A stretch of 24,166 nucleotides of DNA. Origin: a virus (lineage: Duplodnaviria > Caudoviricetes). The stretch's first letter is position 1, and each line of letters starts with the position of its first letter. The translations under genes were made by a program, and so were the position numbers. Below, piece by piece: positions 8,913 through 18,400 of this stretch. The DNA lies in the IMG/VR virus record IMGVR_UViG_3300042353_000010, positions 1-24,166 of that record, one strand, 5' to 3'. The notes below the pieces were generated by a model. That model was not told where the DNA came from. It ran no database searches and saw only the letters and a program-made list of their open reading frames with translations.

Positions 8913-9407
8913 ATGGCTCTCCCAAACAAAGTGTTACCCGGCTTTAGTGCAGCACTATATGCACAACCAACAGCTACGCCCACACCGTTGACCGTAACGC
9001 AACTATCATTGGTCGCAAGCGTTGCACCACTAGCTATTGCTGGAAACCTTGTTAACGTAGAGGCTGTTCCTGCATTTGGTCAAGATGATGCGATGGCTAA
9101 CTTTAGTATTGCAGGTAGCCGACAGTCGGACAAAATCCCAACACAGTCTGCACCTACATCATTAACAATCACAGCACCGTGGAATCCAAGCGATTCACAA
9201 TTGTTGATTCTCCGTGGTGATGCATACTCCGGTGTTGTAGACCGCACGTTTATTATTAGTGCGACTGAAGGTACAAACATTGTTTACTACGCTTTTAACG
9301 GGCGTGTTAGTCAATTCCAAATCGATGCACAACCCGGCGCAGAAGCCAAGGCTGTGTTTACCATTCATCCCCGTGGCAACCAGTACGGTTGGTCTAACAA
9401 CGCTTAA
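8913..9407 (+). CDS. Major tail (tube) protein, copy 1
   Basis: 164 aa; position after the terminator; SLTITAPWNPSD and YAFNGRVSQF resemble siphophage tube proteins; AAGGA RBS. Confidence 0.8.
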   Translation: MALPNKVLPGFSAALYAQPTATPTPLTVTQLSLVASVAPLAIAGNLVNVEAVPAFGQDDAMANFSIAGSRQSDKIPTQSAPTSLTITAPWNPSDSQLLILRGDAYSGVVDRTFIISATEGTNIVYYAFNGRVSQFQIDAQPGAEAKAVFTIHPRGNQYGWSNNA

Positions 9408-9416
9408 GGTGTAATT

Positions 9417-9938
9417 ATGGCTATCCCAAATAAAATACTACCCGGCTTTGCTGCGTCAATGTGGATGCAGTCAGGCGCAACACCAACGCCCTTTTCAACT
9501 GCTAACCTATCGGTATGGACTGCACAAGTCGCAACGCTTGTGGGTACTGTAGCGAACGGCACAGGTGCTTCTGGTGTACCAGTTAGCGTAGAAGCTGTCC
9601 CTGCGTTTGGGCAAGATGACGCAATGGCTAACTTTTCAATTGCCGGAAGTCGGCAGTCGGATAAAATTCCTACGCAATCAGCACCAACAAGTTTGACAAT
9701 TACAGCGGCATGGAATCCATCGGATGCAGGTTTACTCTTGATTCGTGGCGATGCTTACTCAGGCGTGATTGATCGTACATTCGTTATTGCTGCGGTTGAG
9801 GGCGTTAACACTATTGCTTACGCTTTCAATGGTCGAGTAAGTCAATTCCAGATTGACGCACAGCCCGGTGCTGAATCCAAATGTGTCTTTACTGTACACC
9901 CACGGGGTAATCAGTACGGTTGGAGTAACAACACATGA
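9417..9938 (+). CDS. Major tail (tube) protein, copy 2 (paralogue of 8913..9407)
   Basis: Shares a 40-aa identical block and near-identical C-terminus (HPRGNQYGWSNN) with copy 1; AAGGTG RBS. Confidence 0.8.
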   Translation: MAIPNKILPGFAASMWMQSGATPTPFSTANLSVWTAQVATLVGTVANGTGASGVPVSVEAVPAFGQDDAMANFSIAGSRQSDKIPTQSAPTSLTITAAWNPSDAGLLLIRGDAYSGVIDRTFVIAAVEGVNTIAYAFNGRVSQFQIDAQPGAESKCVFTVHPRGNQYGWSNNT

Positions 9939-10129
9939 CCCTAGCAGCCGCAATTAAACTATTGTCATCTACATATCAATCGTTGGACATTGTGGCTCAA
10001 GGTTGTGTTGTGGATGCCGCTGAGGTGGATGCTGCGCTAAAGGCAGCAGAGCCAGATACCGTAGAGGCGGTTTGTTTGCAAGTTTTAGCAAAACATAATC
10101 CGTTTGTTCCGCAACCAAAGACAAAATAA
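9935..10129 (+). CDS. Hypothetical protein (64 aa)
   Basis: ATGA overlap with the tube-2 stop; tightly packed in the operon. Confidence 0.65.
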   Translation: MTLAAAIKLLSSTYQSLDIVAQGCVVDAAEVDAALKAAEPDTVEAVCLQVLAKHNPFVPQPKTK

Positions 10130-10132
10130 AAC

Positions 10133-10381
10133 ATGACAACGACAATACAAAACAGCAATGAATTACTGGCGTACTTGCTTCAGCAATCAAATAGCGGCAT
10201 GAAAAATTGGTTCGGGTTTACGCAACAGCGTATTACTGGAATTAATCTTGCTCACGAAATTGCTGCTCGACACGCAGACAAGATGACACCGGACGAGATA
10301 ACCGACTACGTTATCAGTCTTAATAATTCCATTTATCACAAGCTCATCAAGGGTGACGGTAATGGCAACAACATCGTTTAA
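10133..10381 (+). CDS. Hypothetical protein (82 aa)
   Basis: ATG 3 nt after the previous stop; helical-looking sequence; overlaps the next gene. Confidence 0.7.
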   Translation: MTTTIQNSNELLAYLLQQSNSGMKNWFGFTQQRITGINLAHEIAARHADKMTPDEITDYVISLNNSIYHKLIKGDGNGNNIV

Positions 10382-10928
10382 GTTTGAATACATAGGTTTT
10401 GTTGAAACAGATGCGTTGTTTCGTCAAATACAAAAAGATTACGGCGCAAAAGACGCACAAAATATTATGCGTAATGCCGTGCGTAAATCTATGAAGCCAG
10501 TATTAAACGCAGCGAAAAACTTAGCACCAAAAGATACTGGAGCATTGGCGGCAAGCCTTCAAGTAGAAACAAGAATCCCAAGCAAAAAAGATTTACGCTC
10601 AAAGTATGTTGAAAGAGGCGATGCTGTTATTAGTTTAGTAACTACGGCATCTGGCAAAAAGTTAGCTAAAAGAAAATTTAAGAATTTAAAAACAGGCGAA
10701 AAAGAATCTTTTGATGTAGTGACGAAACAAAGCTATGGCAAAGAAACATACAGTACAGATCAAAGGGTTTCGGCAATGGAGTTTGGCAATTCACGCACAG
10801 CATCAAGACCTTTTTTGCGTCCTGCTTTAGAGATGAGCTCAGGTGTAGTCGTAGATAGTTTGGCTGAATCTTTAAAATTCAGCTTAGAAAAATACAAAGC
10901 AAAACAAGCCAAGAAAGGGATAGTATGA
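10362..10928 (+). CDS. HK97 gp10-like tail/neck component
   Basis: Basic protein with AKNLAPKDTGALAAS and MEFGNSRTASRPFLRPA, the signature motifs of the HK97-gp10 family; in-frame ATG at 10362 preferred to GTG at 10353. Confidence 0.85.
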   Translation: MATTSFKFEYIGFVETDALFRQIQKDYGAKDAQNIMRNAVRKSMKPVLNAAKNLAPKDTGALAASLQVETRIPSKKDLRSKYVERGDAVISLVTTASGKKLAKRKFKNLKTGEKESFDVVTKQSYGKETYSTDQRVSAMEFGNSRTASRPFLRPALEMSSGVVVDSLAESLKFSLEKYKAKQAKKGIV

Positions 10929-11389
10929 ACACATTTTCACAAGCACTAGGAAGTAAGTTTAATAAAGACGCATTGCGAATCCGCACGTTTGAATTTAACG
11001 GACATACGTTTAAAGTTAAAGTTCCTTTAACGGCAGAATCAGACGCTATGTTTGAACGCCTAAAGACACCAGACGAAGCGGCGGTTGAAAAGTTCTACAA
11101 AGAATTATCTAAAGACTTTACCGAAGCAAGCGACACCGTACAGATTACTGAAGATGACGTAATTATTGAAGGTCGCTCATTGCGTGAGGCAGCTAAAAGT
11201 AAAGTTCTTATTCAGGCACGGGTTACAGAAATGATCCGCTTGTTAGTGCCGGAAGAAGAAGGTTTTAATATGTCTACCGTTACATATGAAATGGTAGATG
11301 AGCTATTTCCGTTTGCCATTCAACTGCAACTAATGGAATTGATTGGAGAAACCGTAAGCCCGTCTTATACTGCTACTAAGGGAAAGTAA
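10925..11389 (+). CDS. Tail assembly chaperone (lambda gpG-like)
   Basis: Acidic 154-aa protein upstream of the tape measure, ending ...AAG GGA AAG TAA at a slippery site. Confidence 0.85.
   Translation: MNTFSQALGSKFNKDALRIRTFEFNGHTFKVKVPLTAESDAMFERLKTPDEAAVEKFYKELSKDFTEASDTVQITEDDVIIEGRSLREAAKSKVLIQARVTEMIRLLVPEEEGFNMSTVTYEMVDELFPFAIQLQLMELIGETVSPSYTATKGK
11380..11386 (+). other. Programmed -1 ribosomal frameshift site G GGA AAG
   Basis: Same heptamer as lambda G/T; the -1 frame is open from 11386 to TAA at 11731-11733. Confidence 0.88.
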
Positions 11390-11733
11390 TCCGGTCTGTA
11401 CGTAGGCAAGTTAAAGCGTACCTGACAGCCCACGGGACAGACCCAGCAACGGTAGACGAGGAAACCTTTTCAGATATTGCGGTGATGTTTCACGCAGGAT
11501 TAATAGGCAATCTTGGATTGCTTGAGGTTTTAGGAACGCTGACCGCAGGGCAATTTAATAAGATGTTGCCGAAAGGTAAATCACCTTTTAAACTAAAAGA
11601 CATTATCCCGAACGCCTACGATTATTTGTATCCGCCACAGACAGAACAAGATAAGAAGGAGCAAGCAAGTCAAAGCCTATTGGCATTTGCAATGATGAGT
11701 CCAAACGCTCCGGCTCATTTGTTTAAAAGGTAA
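11386..11733 (+). CDS. Tail assembly chaperone T segment, expressed as a G-T fusion (about 269 aa)
   Basis: The -1 frame reads VIRSVRRQVKAYLTAHGTDPATVDEETFSDIAVMFHAG... and is in frame with the track ORF 11482..11733 (11482-11386 = 96). Confidence 0.85.
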   Translation, partial: VIRSVRRQVKAYLTAHGTDPATVDEETFSDIAVMFHAGLIGNLGLLEVLGTLTAGQFNKMLPKGKSPFKLKDIIPNAYDYLYPPQTEQDKKEQASQSLLAFAMMSPNAPAHLFKR

Positions 11734-11738
11734 ATAAG

Positions 11739-13712
11739 ATGGCAAACATTGCACGACTAGGTGTAGTCCTTGGATTAAATACCGCAGAGTTCCAGACGGG
11801 ACTTGCGGGAGCAATGAAGGGACTAGACAAACTAAAGACCGGAGTAGTTGCCGCAGGTGCAGCAGTAGGTGCAGCAGCCGTTGGTATAGCGACTTACACT
11901 AAGTCAGTTATTGACAACATGGACGCACTATTTAAGCAAGCGCAAATGGCAGGTGTAACTGTTGAGAGTCTATCTGGTCTAGCGTATGCGGCAGACTTAG
12001 CAGGTGTTAGCCAAGAGCAATTGACAACAAGCATGGGACGCTTGGCTAAAGGCATGGGCGAAGCCGCACAGGGTACAGGTGAAGCACTAAAAGGCTTCCA
12101 AGCATTGAATCTTGATTCCGCTACATTTAAAGGTACGGATGATGCATTAATTCAAATCGCTGAAAGACTTTCACAATTTAAAGACGGTGCTGAAAAAACC
12201 GCTATTGCTATATCTATATTTGGCAGAAGTGGCGCACAGTTAATTCCTTTCCTAAATGCGGGTAAGGATGGAATTAAACAATTAACCGATGAAGCTAGGC
12301 AATTTGGAATTATTGTCGGCACAGATACAGCACAAGCAAGCGAACGATTCAACGACAATCTGACAAGAATACAAGCGGTAGGCAAAGGTTTGTTTATTCA
12401 AATTGCTGAATCATGGTTGCCAACGCTTAACAACCTGACCGAAGGATTTATCAACGCAACTAAACAATCTGGCAGTTTTTTTGGCAGCCTAGCAGCTACG
12501 GCGGAACGTGCGGTATTTGGCAAGTCATCCAATGCAGTTAAAGAAATAGAAAGGCTGCAAAAAGAAATAAACGATATAAATAAAGTCTATCCAGAGGGTA
12601 GTGCGTTATCACGGGCGGTATGGGATAAAAGTTTAGCTTATTCAAAGGCAAGAATTGCAACCTTGCAAACTCAAGTTAATGATGAACTAAACGCAGCATT
12701 TCCAAAAGAGTTGTTAGGATATACGCCACCAACAAAACCAGACGCACCAAAGCTCACAAGCATAGACAAGCCTAACGACAAAATGAAAAATATGCTAGCT
12801 GAAGCAAAAAAGCTAGCATCAGAGTACGAGCGAGAACGTGAGCACTCTTTGCAAATGCTTAAAATTAGAACTCAAATGGAGGGTTTAACAACTAATGAAC
12901 GAAGGGTTCAGGAAGCAGTTAACGAAGTCTTGGACGCAACCAGTAAGAAACTACAAGAGATTGCAGACAAGCGTGAAACAGCCGCAGGGCGTGATGCTAG
13001 TGCCGAGATATTAGCTGAGTACGATGCACAAGCCGCAGCCGTTCAAATGCTTGGTGATTCTTATGTTGACTTAGCTCGCAAGCAAGAGGAATCCTCTATT
13101 GAGGCACAACAGACTTTTTCTTACGGTTGGAATCAAGCGTTCCAACAATACGCAGAGGACGCAGAGAACTACGCTAAGGTTGGCAAAGATATGTTCTCAG
13201 CGGTCACGGGTGCGATGTCTAGTGCTATTAACCAGTTCGTAGAGAATGGCAAGTTTTCATTTAAAGACTTTGCAAGCAGCGTTATTAAGGACTTAATTAG
13301 AATCCAATTACAGGCGCAAGCAACTGCATTGTTCAACGCAGGTTTAAAACTTGTTATGGGTTCATTTGGTGGCGGCAACCCGTTGTCGGGTGGCAATCCA
13401 TTATCAGGCGATATTATGGGAGTAATGGCACGAAATATGCCCGGTGCAGCAAACGGTGGCGTGATTAATAGCCCTACGTTAGTTGGTGAACGAGGTGCGG
13501 AAATCTTCATGCCCGGACGCTCTGGCACGATTATTCCAAACAATCGGTTGTCTGACGTAATGGGCGGTGGCGGTGTAACCTATAACGGCACGGTCATTCA
13601 AAACATGCAAGCTATAGACACGCAGTCTGGTCTACAATTTCTTGCCAAGAACAAGATGAACATCTACGCACTTAACCAATCGGCAGGGCGTTCTATGCCC
13701 ACAAGTAGGTAA
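11739..13712 (+). CDS. Tail tape measure protein
   Basis: 657 aa, Ala/Gln-rich helical; N-terminal IARLGVVLGLNTAEF, lambda-type C-terminal region GKFSFKDFASSVIKDL and VGERGAEIFMPGRSGTIIPN; follows the chaperones. Confidence 0.93.
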   Translation: MANIARLGVVLGLNTAEFQTGLAGAMKGLDKLKTGVVAAGAAVGAAAVGIATYTKSVIDNMDALFKQAQMAGVTVESLSGLAYAADLAGVSQEQLTTSMGRLAKGMGEAAQGTGEALKGFQALNLDSATFKGTDDALIQIAERLSQFKDGAEKTAIAISIFGRSGAQLIPFLNAGKDGIKQLTDEARQFGIIVGTDTAQASERFNDNLTRIQAVGKGLFIQIAESWLPTLNNLTEGFINATKQSGSFFGSLAATAERAVFGKSSNAVKEIERLQKEINDINKVYPEGSALSRAVWDKSLAYSKARIATLQTQVNDELNAAFPKELLGYTPPTKPDAPKLTSIDKPNDKMKNMLAEAKKLASEYEREREHSLQMLKIRTQMEGLTTNERRVQEAVNEVLDATSKKLQEIADKRETAAGRDASAEILAEYDAQAAAVQMLGDSYVDLARKQEESSIEAQQTFSYGWNQAFQQYAEDAENYAKVGKDMFSAVTGAMSSAINQFVENGKFSFKDFASSVIKDLIRIQLQAQATALFNAGLKLVMGSFGGGNPLSGGNPLSGDIMGVMARNMPGAANGGVINSPTLVGERGAEIFMPGRSGTIIPNNRLSDVMGGGGVTYNGTVIQNMQAIDTQSGLQFLAKNKMNIYALNQSAGRSMPTSR

Positions 13713-13714
13713 TT

Positions 13715-14395
13715 ATGAGTCTTACAACTATCCTAGCAAATAGCGAGTCGGTTGGTATAAACGATCAAAGATTTGTCGGTCAATTGGTGAGTAGAAACCA
13801 ACGTATCTCAACGTCAGAAATCCTGACTGTTGTACCGTTTGCGTTTGAGCTAACTCCGATGAATTACCTTTTGTATAGTCAGAGTCGTGGATTGCTTAAC
13901 ACTTTGCGAATACCTGATAAAGCACTTGAGCAATACTTAAACTTTAGTACAACCGGATGGACTAATTACATTCGTTACCAAGGCGATATGACGAGTGTAC
14001 AGATAGCGGCTTGTGTCTTTACTTCTGGCAGCGCAAACAAGAACTTAACGCTTGGCACATTACCATCGATTGCTTCAACGGCTTTTATCGTTAAAGCGGG
14101 TGATTTTTGTCAGGTTGGACGATACGCATACATTGCAACCGCTGACGTATTGCGTGGTTCAGGCTCAACGGTTTCTATCCCTGTACACCGTAACTTAATA
14201 ACTCCCGTAACCACAAACATTGCAGCGGTCATTGGACAGTTTGGCACAACCATAGCTCTTGGCGGTTCGTCATTTACAGGCGTAACCTTTCCCGTGATCT
14301 TGCGAGAGTATCCAACCTATACCCTAGTGCCAATGACTAACGACAGTTTTATAAATTGGAACGGCAGCTTTAAAGCATTTGAGGCGGTTTTATGA
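13715..14395 (+). CDS. Putative distal tail protein
   Basis: First gene after the tape measure; beta-rich; VKAGDFCQVG motif. Assigned mainly by synteny. Confidence 0.6.
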   Translation: MSLTTILANSESVGINDQRFVGQLVSRNQRISTSEILTVVPFAFELTPMNYLLYSQSRGLLNTLRIPDKALEQYLNFSTTGWTNYIRYQGDMTSVQIAACVFTSGSANKNLTLGTLPSIASTAFIVKAGDFCQVGRYAYIATADVLRGSGSTVSIPVHRNLITPVTTNIAAVIGQFGTTIALGGSSFTGVTFPVILREYPTYTLVPMTNDSFINWNGSFKAFEAVL

Positions 14396-14997
14396 ACAAC
14401 ATAGTTCCAGTACAGAACACAAACAATATTAGATACGCTGACTTTGTGCGTGTCACAACACCATCAGCAACTTACCGCTTTGCTACTACACCGTCTGCGC
14501 TAACTGTCCCTGCGGTAGATGCTTTACCGTTTGATGCGTTAGGCTCTCTTATCCGTGTTGGTGACGCACAGCAAGATATTAAGTCAACTGCTAATGAAAC
14601 TGTATTTACATTGGTAGGCATTGATACAGCGGTTTTAGGTTGGGTGCTTAGTCAACAGATCAAAGGTTCACAGATAGAAGCATGGCATGGTTTTTTTGAT
14701 ACTAGCGGCGCACTTATAACCACGGGCGGTACTGGTGGCTTGTATCAATTTTTTAATGGCTACATTTCATCGTTTGCTATTAATGAAGAATGGATGGAAG
14801 AATTGCGGCAGTTTGTCGGCATTGTGACGGTTTCCGCATCATCCATTCAACTTATTTTAAAGAACAGAATTGCAGGACGCTACACCAACAATAATAGTTG
14901 GCAGTTCTTTGCTAACGGCGATACGTCTATGGACAGAGTGGCTTTTATCTCTACGATCAATTATGCCTTTGGCAAAGATGCACCACCAGAAACATGA
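14392..14997 (+). CDS. Putative tail tip/hub protein (gpL/DUF2163-like position)
   Basis: Second gene after the tape measure; FFNGYI, RYTNNNSWQ and GDTSMDRV motifs resemble hub proteins; ATGA overlap. Confidence 0.55.
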   Translation: MNNIVPVQNTNNIRYADFVRVTTPSATYRFATTPSALTVPAVDALPFDALGSLIRVGDAQQDIKSTANETVFTLVGIDTAVLGWVLSQQIKGSQIEAWHGFFDTSGALITTGGTGGLYQFFNGYISSFAINEEWMEELRQFVGIVTVSASSIQLILKNRIAGRYTNNNSWQFFANGDTSMDRVAFISTINYAFGKDAPPET

Positions 14998-15428
14998 TTA
15001 GAAAAGCGACAAAATACGACAAGATACAGATTATCGAAATGATGAAATTGTTTAGAGCAGAAAGCAACATTGAGCAATTTGAAGACATAGATAATGAGCC
15101 GTATTGGAATAGACTGTTAGACAACATCCTAGCGGGTGCGGGTGTGGTGTTTATTGAAGAAGGCAAAGGCTTAATCATGGCGTTAATTAGTCACACGGCA
15201 TGGTGCGATAAGACTTACCAGATGTATGAACTAGCGTGGTATGTAAAGCCAGAGTGTAGAAACACTACAGTAGGTTATAGATTATTAAAGACGTATGTTG
15301 ATTATGGAAAGCAACTTAAAGAAAGTGGACGCATTAAGTTATTTTCCATAGCCAAGATGGTGACAAGCCCCGATGTGAAATACAATAAATTCGGGTTTGC
15401 CAAGTTAGACGAAAACTGGATTCAATGA
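14994..15428 (+). CDS. GNAT-fold (acyl-CoA N-acyltransferase-like) protein
   Basis: N-terminal MIRKATKYD, motif-A-like WYVKPECRNTTVGYRLL, motif-B-like YNKFGF; 144 aa. Confidence 0.75.
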   Translation: MIRKATKYDKIQIIEMMKLFRAESNIEQFEDIDNEPYWNRLLDNILAGAGVVFIEEGKGLIMALISHTAWCDKTYQMYELAWYVKPECRNTTVGYRLLKTYVDYGKQLKESGRIKLFSIAKMVTSPDVKYNKFGFAKLDENWIQ

Positions 15429-18400
15429 TGTTTAAATTAGCTTTAATACTATTTGCATTGACCTACTCGGTTGAGTCTTTTGCTATTGGCGTAACAATTG
15501 TCACAGCAATTGGTTTAGCCGCATATAGCGCAACACTTGCTGCGGTAGCGGCAATGGCAATTAACATGGTTGTAGCCGCAGTTATTTCAAAAGCATTTTT
15601 TTCGCCAACTCAACCATCTAGTGCAGGCGGAACGGACGCTATCTCTGGCGGCTCACCGAATCCTGGCAATCGTCAACAGATACCACCTGCTACCGACAAT
15701 AAAATACCCGTTGTGTACGGTACTGCATGGGTTGGCGGTGCGATTGTTGATCTAAGTATTACTAGCGACAATCAAAAACTTTATTACTGCTTGGCACTTA
15801 GCGAAGTCACCAACACTAATCAAGGTCAGACAGCAGACACAATCACATTTGGCACAATTTATTACGGTGGCAAACGAGTTGTCTTTGACCCGACAGAACA
15901 GTTTAAAGTTATTGAATTAGTAGACGATTCGACAGGCATTGTGGACACAAGTATTGCGGGTAAGATTAATATTTATCTTTACTCTAACGGTTCTAACAGC
16001 CCAACTAATAGCAGCCAATCAGCCATCAGCCTAATGAATAGTGCAGGGTTAACTTACACTTGGGCAAACAGTAAGCTATTTACTAATTGTGCGTTTGCTA
16101 TCGTTCAAATAACTTACAGCCAAACCGCTAACATTCGAGGCATTGAGCAAACTAAATTCCAAGTCATCAACAGCCGTAATTCTGCGGGTGATTGTATACA
16201 AGATTACTTAATCAATACCCGATATGGCGCAGCGTTACCTTTAGCGCAAATCAACACAACAAGCCTAACCGCACTTAATGTCTACTCAAACCAGAACTTT
16301 ACTTATACAACCTACACAGGCAGCACGACAACGCAGCCGAGGTTTAAGTTTAACGGTACGGTAGACACTAACCGCACGGTGATGGATAACCTACAGGATA
16401 TGTCCTCATGTTGCGATGCACTTATTAAGTACAACGAAGTAACCGCACAATGGGGAGTGATTGTTCAGAGTCCTACTTACACGGTTGCAATGGCATTGAA
16501 TGATAGCAATATTGTAAGTGCAATAAGTGTTAGCCCGACAGACATAGCGGCATCGTATAACTTTATAGAATGTAAGTTTCCAGATAGTTCAAATCAGGAT
16601 GCTTTTAATGCGTCCAATTTTGACTTAGCGCAGATTGCTCCAAACCTTTTATATCCTAACGAGCCAGTTAATAAAATATCTTTATCATTGCCGTTTGTGA
16701 ATAACAACGTCCAAGCGCAGTACATTGCCAACCGAGTTTTAAAGTCTGCAAGAGAAGATTTGATTGTTCAGGCAGACACTAACTACATTGGGATACAGCT
16801 TGATGCAGGTGACATCGTAACGGTTACTAACACTAGCTACGGTTGGACGGATAAACTATTTAGACTAAACAAAGTTAACCAAACATTTACAGATGATGGC
16901 GCAATTATTGTCAAATTGGCTATGAGTGAGTTTAACCCTGCGGTTTTTGACGATGTAAACATTACCCAATTTACTCCATCGGTTAACACAGGTATTGGCA
17001 GCCCTTTATTCTTTGGCACAATCCCAACGCCAATAGCAACGGATGCAGGACGGTTTGCGGCAGAGCCTTATATCTCGGTTGATATAACTACACCGACATC
17101 TGGCATTGTTCAATACTCTGAAATCTGGTATTCAGCGTTTCAATTTCCAAACGAAGATCAACGAGTATTTGCAGGGACTACACAAGTTCAATCAAGCGGC
17201 AACCCCTACCCTGCGGGTGCAGTCATCCCAACGGCGTTCATTGTAAACATTCCTGCGGGTAACTGGTATTTCTTTTCACGCATGGTCAACAGTTTAGGCA
17301 AGTCTAACTATAGCCCTGCAAGCACATTACTAAGATGGACACCACAGACTTTTCAATATGTAGATAGGTACGTTTTGGTTGCTTATGGAACAAGTAATGT
17401 GGGCGCAGGATTTAGCTTAAACCCACGGACAAAGACTTACTACGGATTGGCAAACAGCAATTCAGCAAACCCAAGTCTAGTCGCTGCTGATTACACATGG
17501 TATCTAGCCGTGCCAGAAGCGTTTGGAACAGACAACTTTGTTATCTTTGCAAACCGTAATAATAGAAAGTTTACTTTTGCTGTTGATAACGCAGCGACAG
17601 CGGGTATTGGTGGTGCTTTCGTTCCAACCGAAACAAGCGTATATGACCCTACCTTGTGGTCAGGATTGCCAGACGGAACAAACGTCATTGACTTAGATGC
17701 TCGCACAGGACAGCTTACCAAGGTAGGTACGTCATCCATTTCTAGTGCTGACGGGCTACTAAGCGTAACTAACAACACACAAGGCACGATGGTTGTGTCG
17801 CTTCAAAAATTCCTAAACTTTGGTAACGGCGTATATTCTCAAAGTTTATCACCAAGCACATTGACCATCGATGTGTACGGCAGGGTTATCGGATTCTCGG
17901 CAGAGGATGATTTTTTCTATTCTGATTACGTCTTTACGGCTACGGCAGGACAGACTTCATTTTCAGTCACGCACGTTCTCGGACAGGCTTTAGTATTCCA
18001 GAACGGTGTTTTATTGCCGACTTCTGACTACACGGAAACAACGTCAACAATTGTTTTGGATACCGCTTGCGTTGTTGGTGAGGTAGTCGAGGTTATAGCA
18101 ATGCGAGTAGTTAGTGCATTGGATACATACGATGCGTTGGGTATCACGGTTGCATCAGGCGGAGCAAGTGTTACATACACCGGATTGCCATTCCAAGCGT
18201 TATCAGCCGGAGATCAATTGACGTTTGCCAATACAGGCGCACCAACGGTCTACACAATTGCAACAGTAAACATGTCTACTAAAGTTATCACGTTTACAGC
18301 AACGCCAACTGAGGCTACTGTAGGCGATTCAATATATATCTTTACCGCAACAGGCGCAGAGTACAAACCTTTTGTTAGATATGAATTTGATGTAACTGCT

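Noticed and set aside
8913-9938. Tube duplication as an assembly artefact or a DGR template/variable repeat pair
   Set aside because: Differences are synonymous and involve all four bases rather than being adenine-specific, and there is no reverse transcriptase in the window.
9925-9940. Frameshift extension of tube 2 into the 64-aa ORF
   Set aside because: No X XXY YYZ slippery heptamer; an ordinary ATGA overlap explains the junction.
11482-11733. Stand-alone 83-aa gene
   Set aside because: Better explained as the 3' part of the frameshifted G-T chaperone.
13371-13409. GGNPLS tandem duplication in the tape measure C-terminus
   Set aside because: Only two degenerate 18-nt units in a Gly-rich linker; ordinary.
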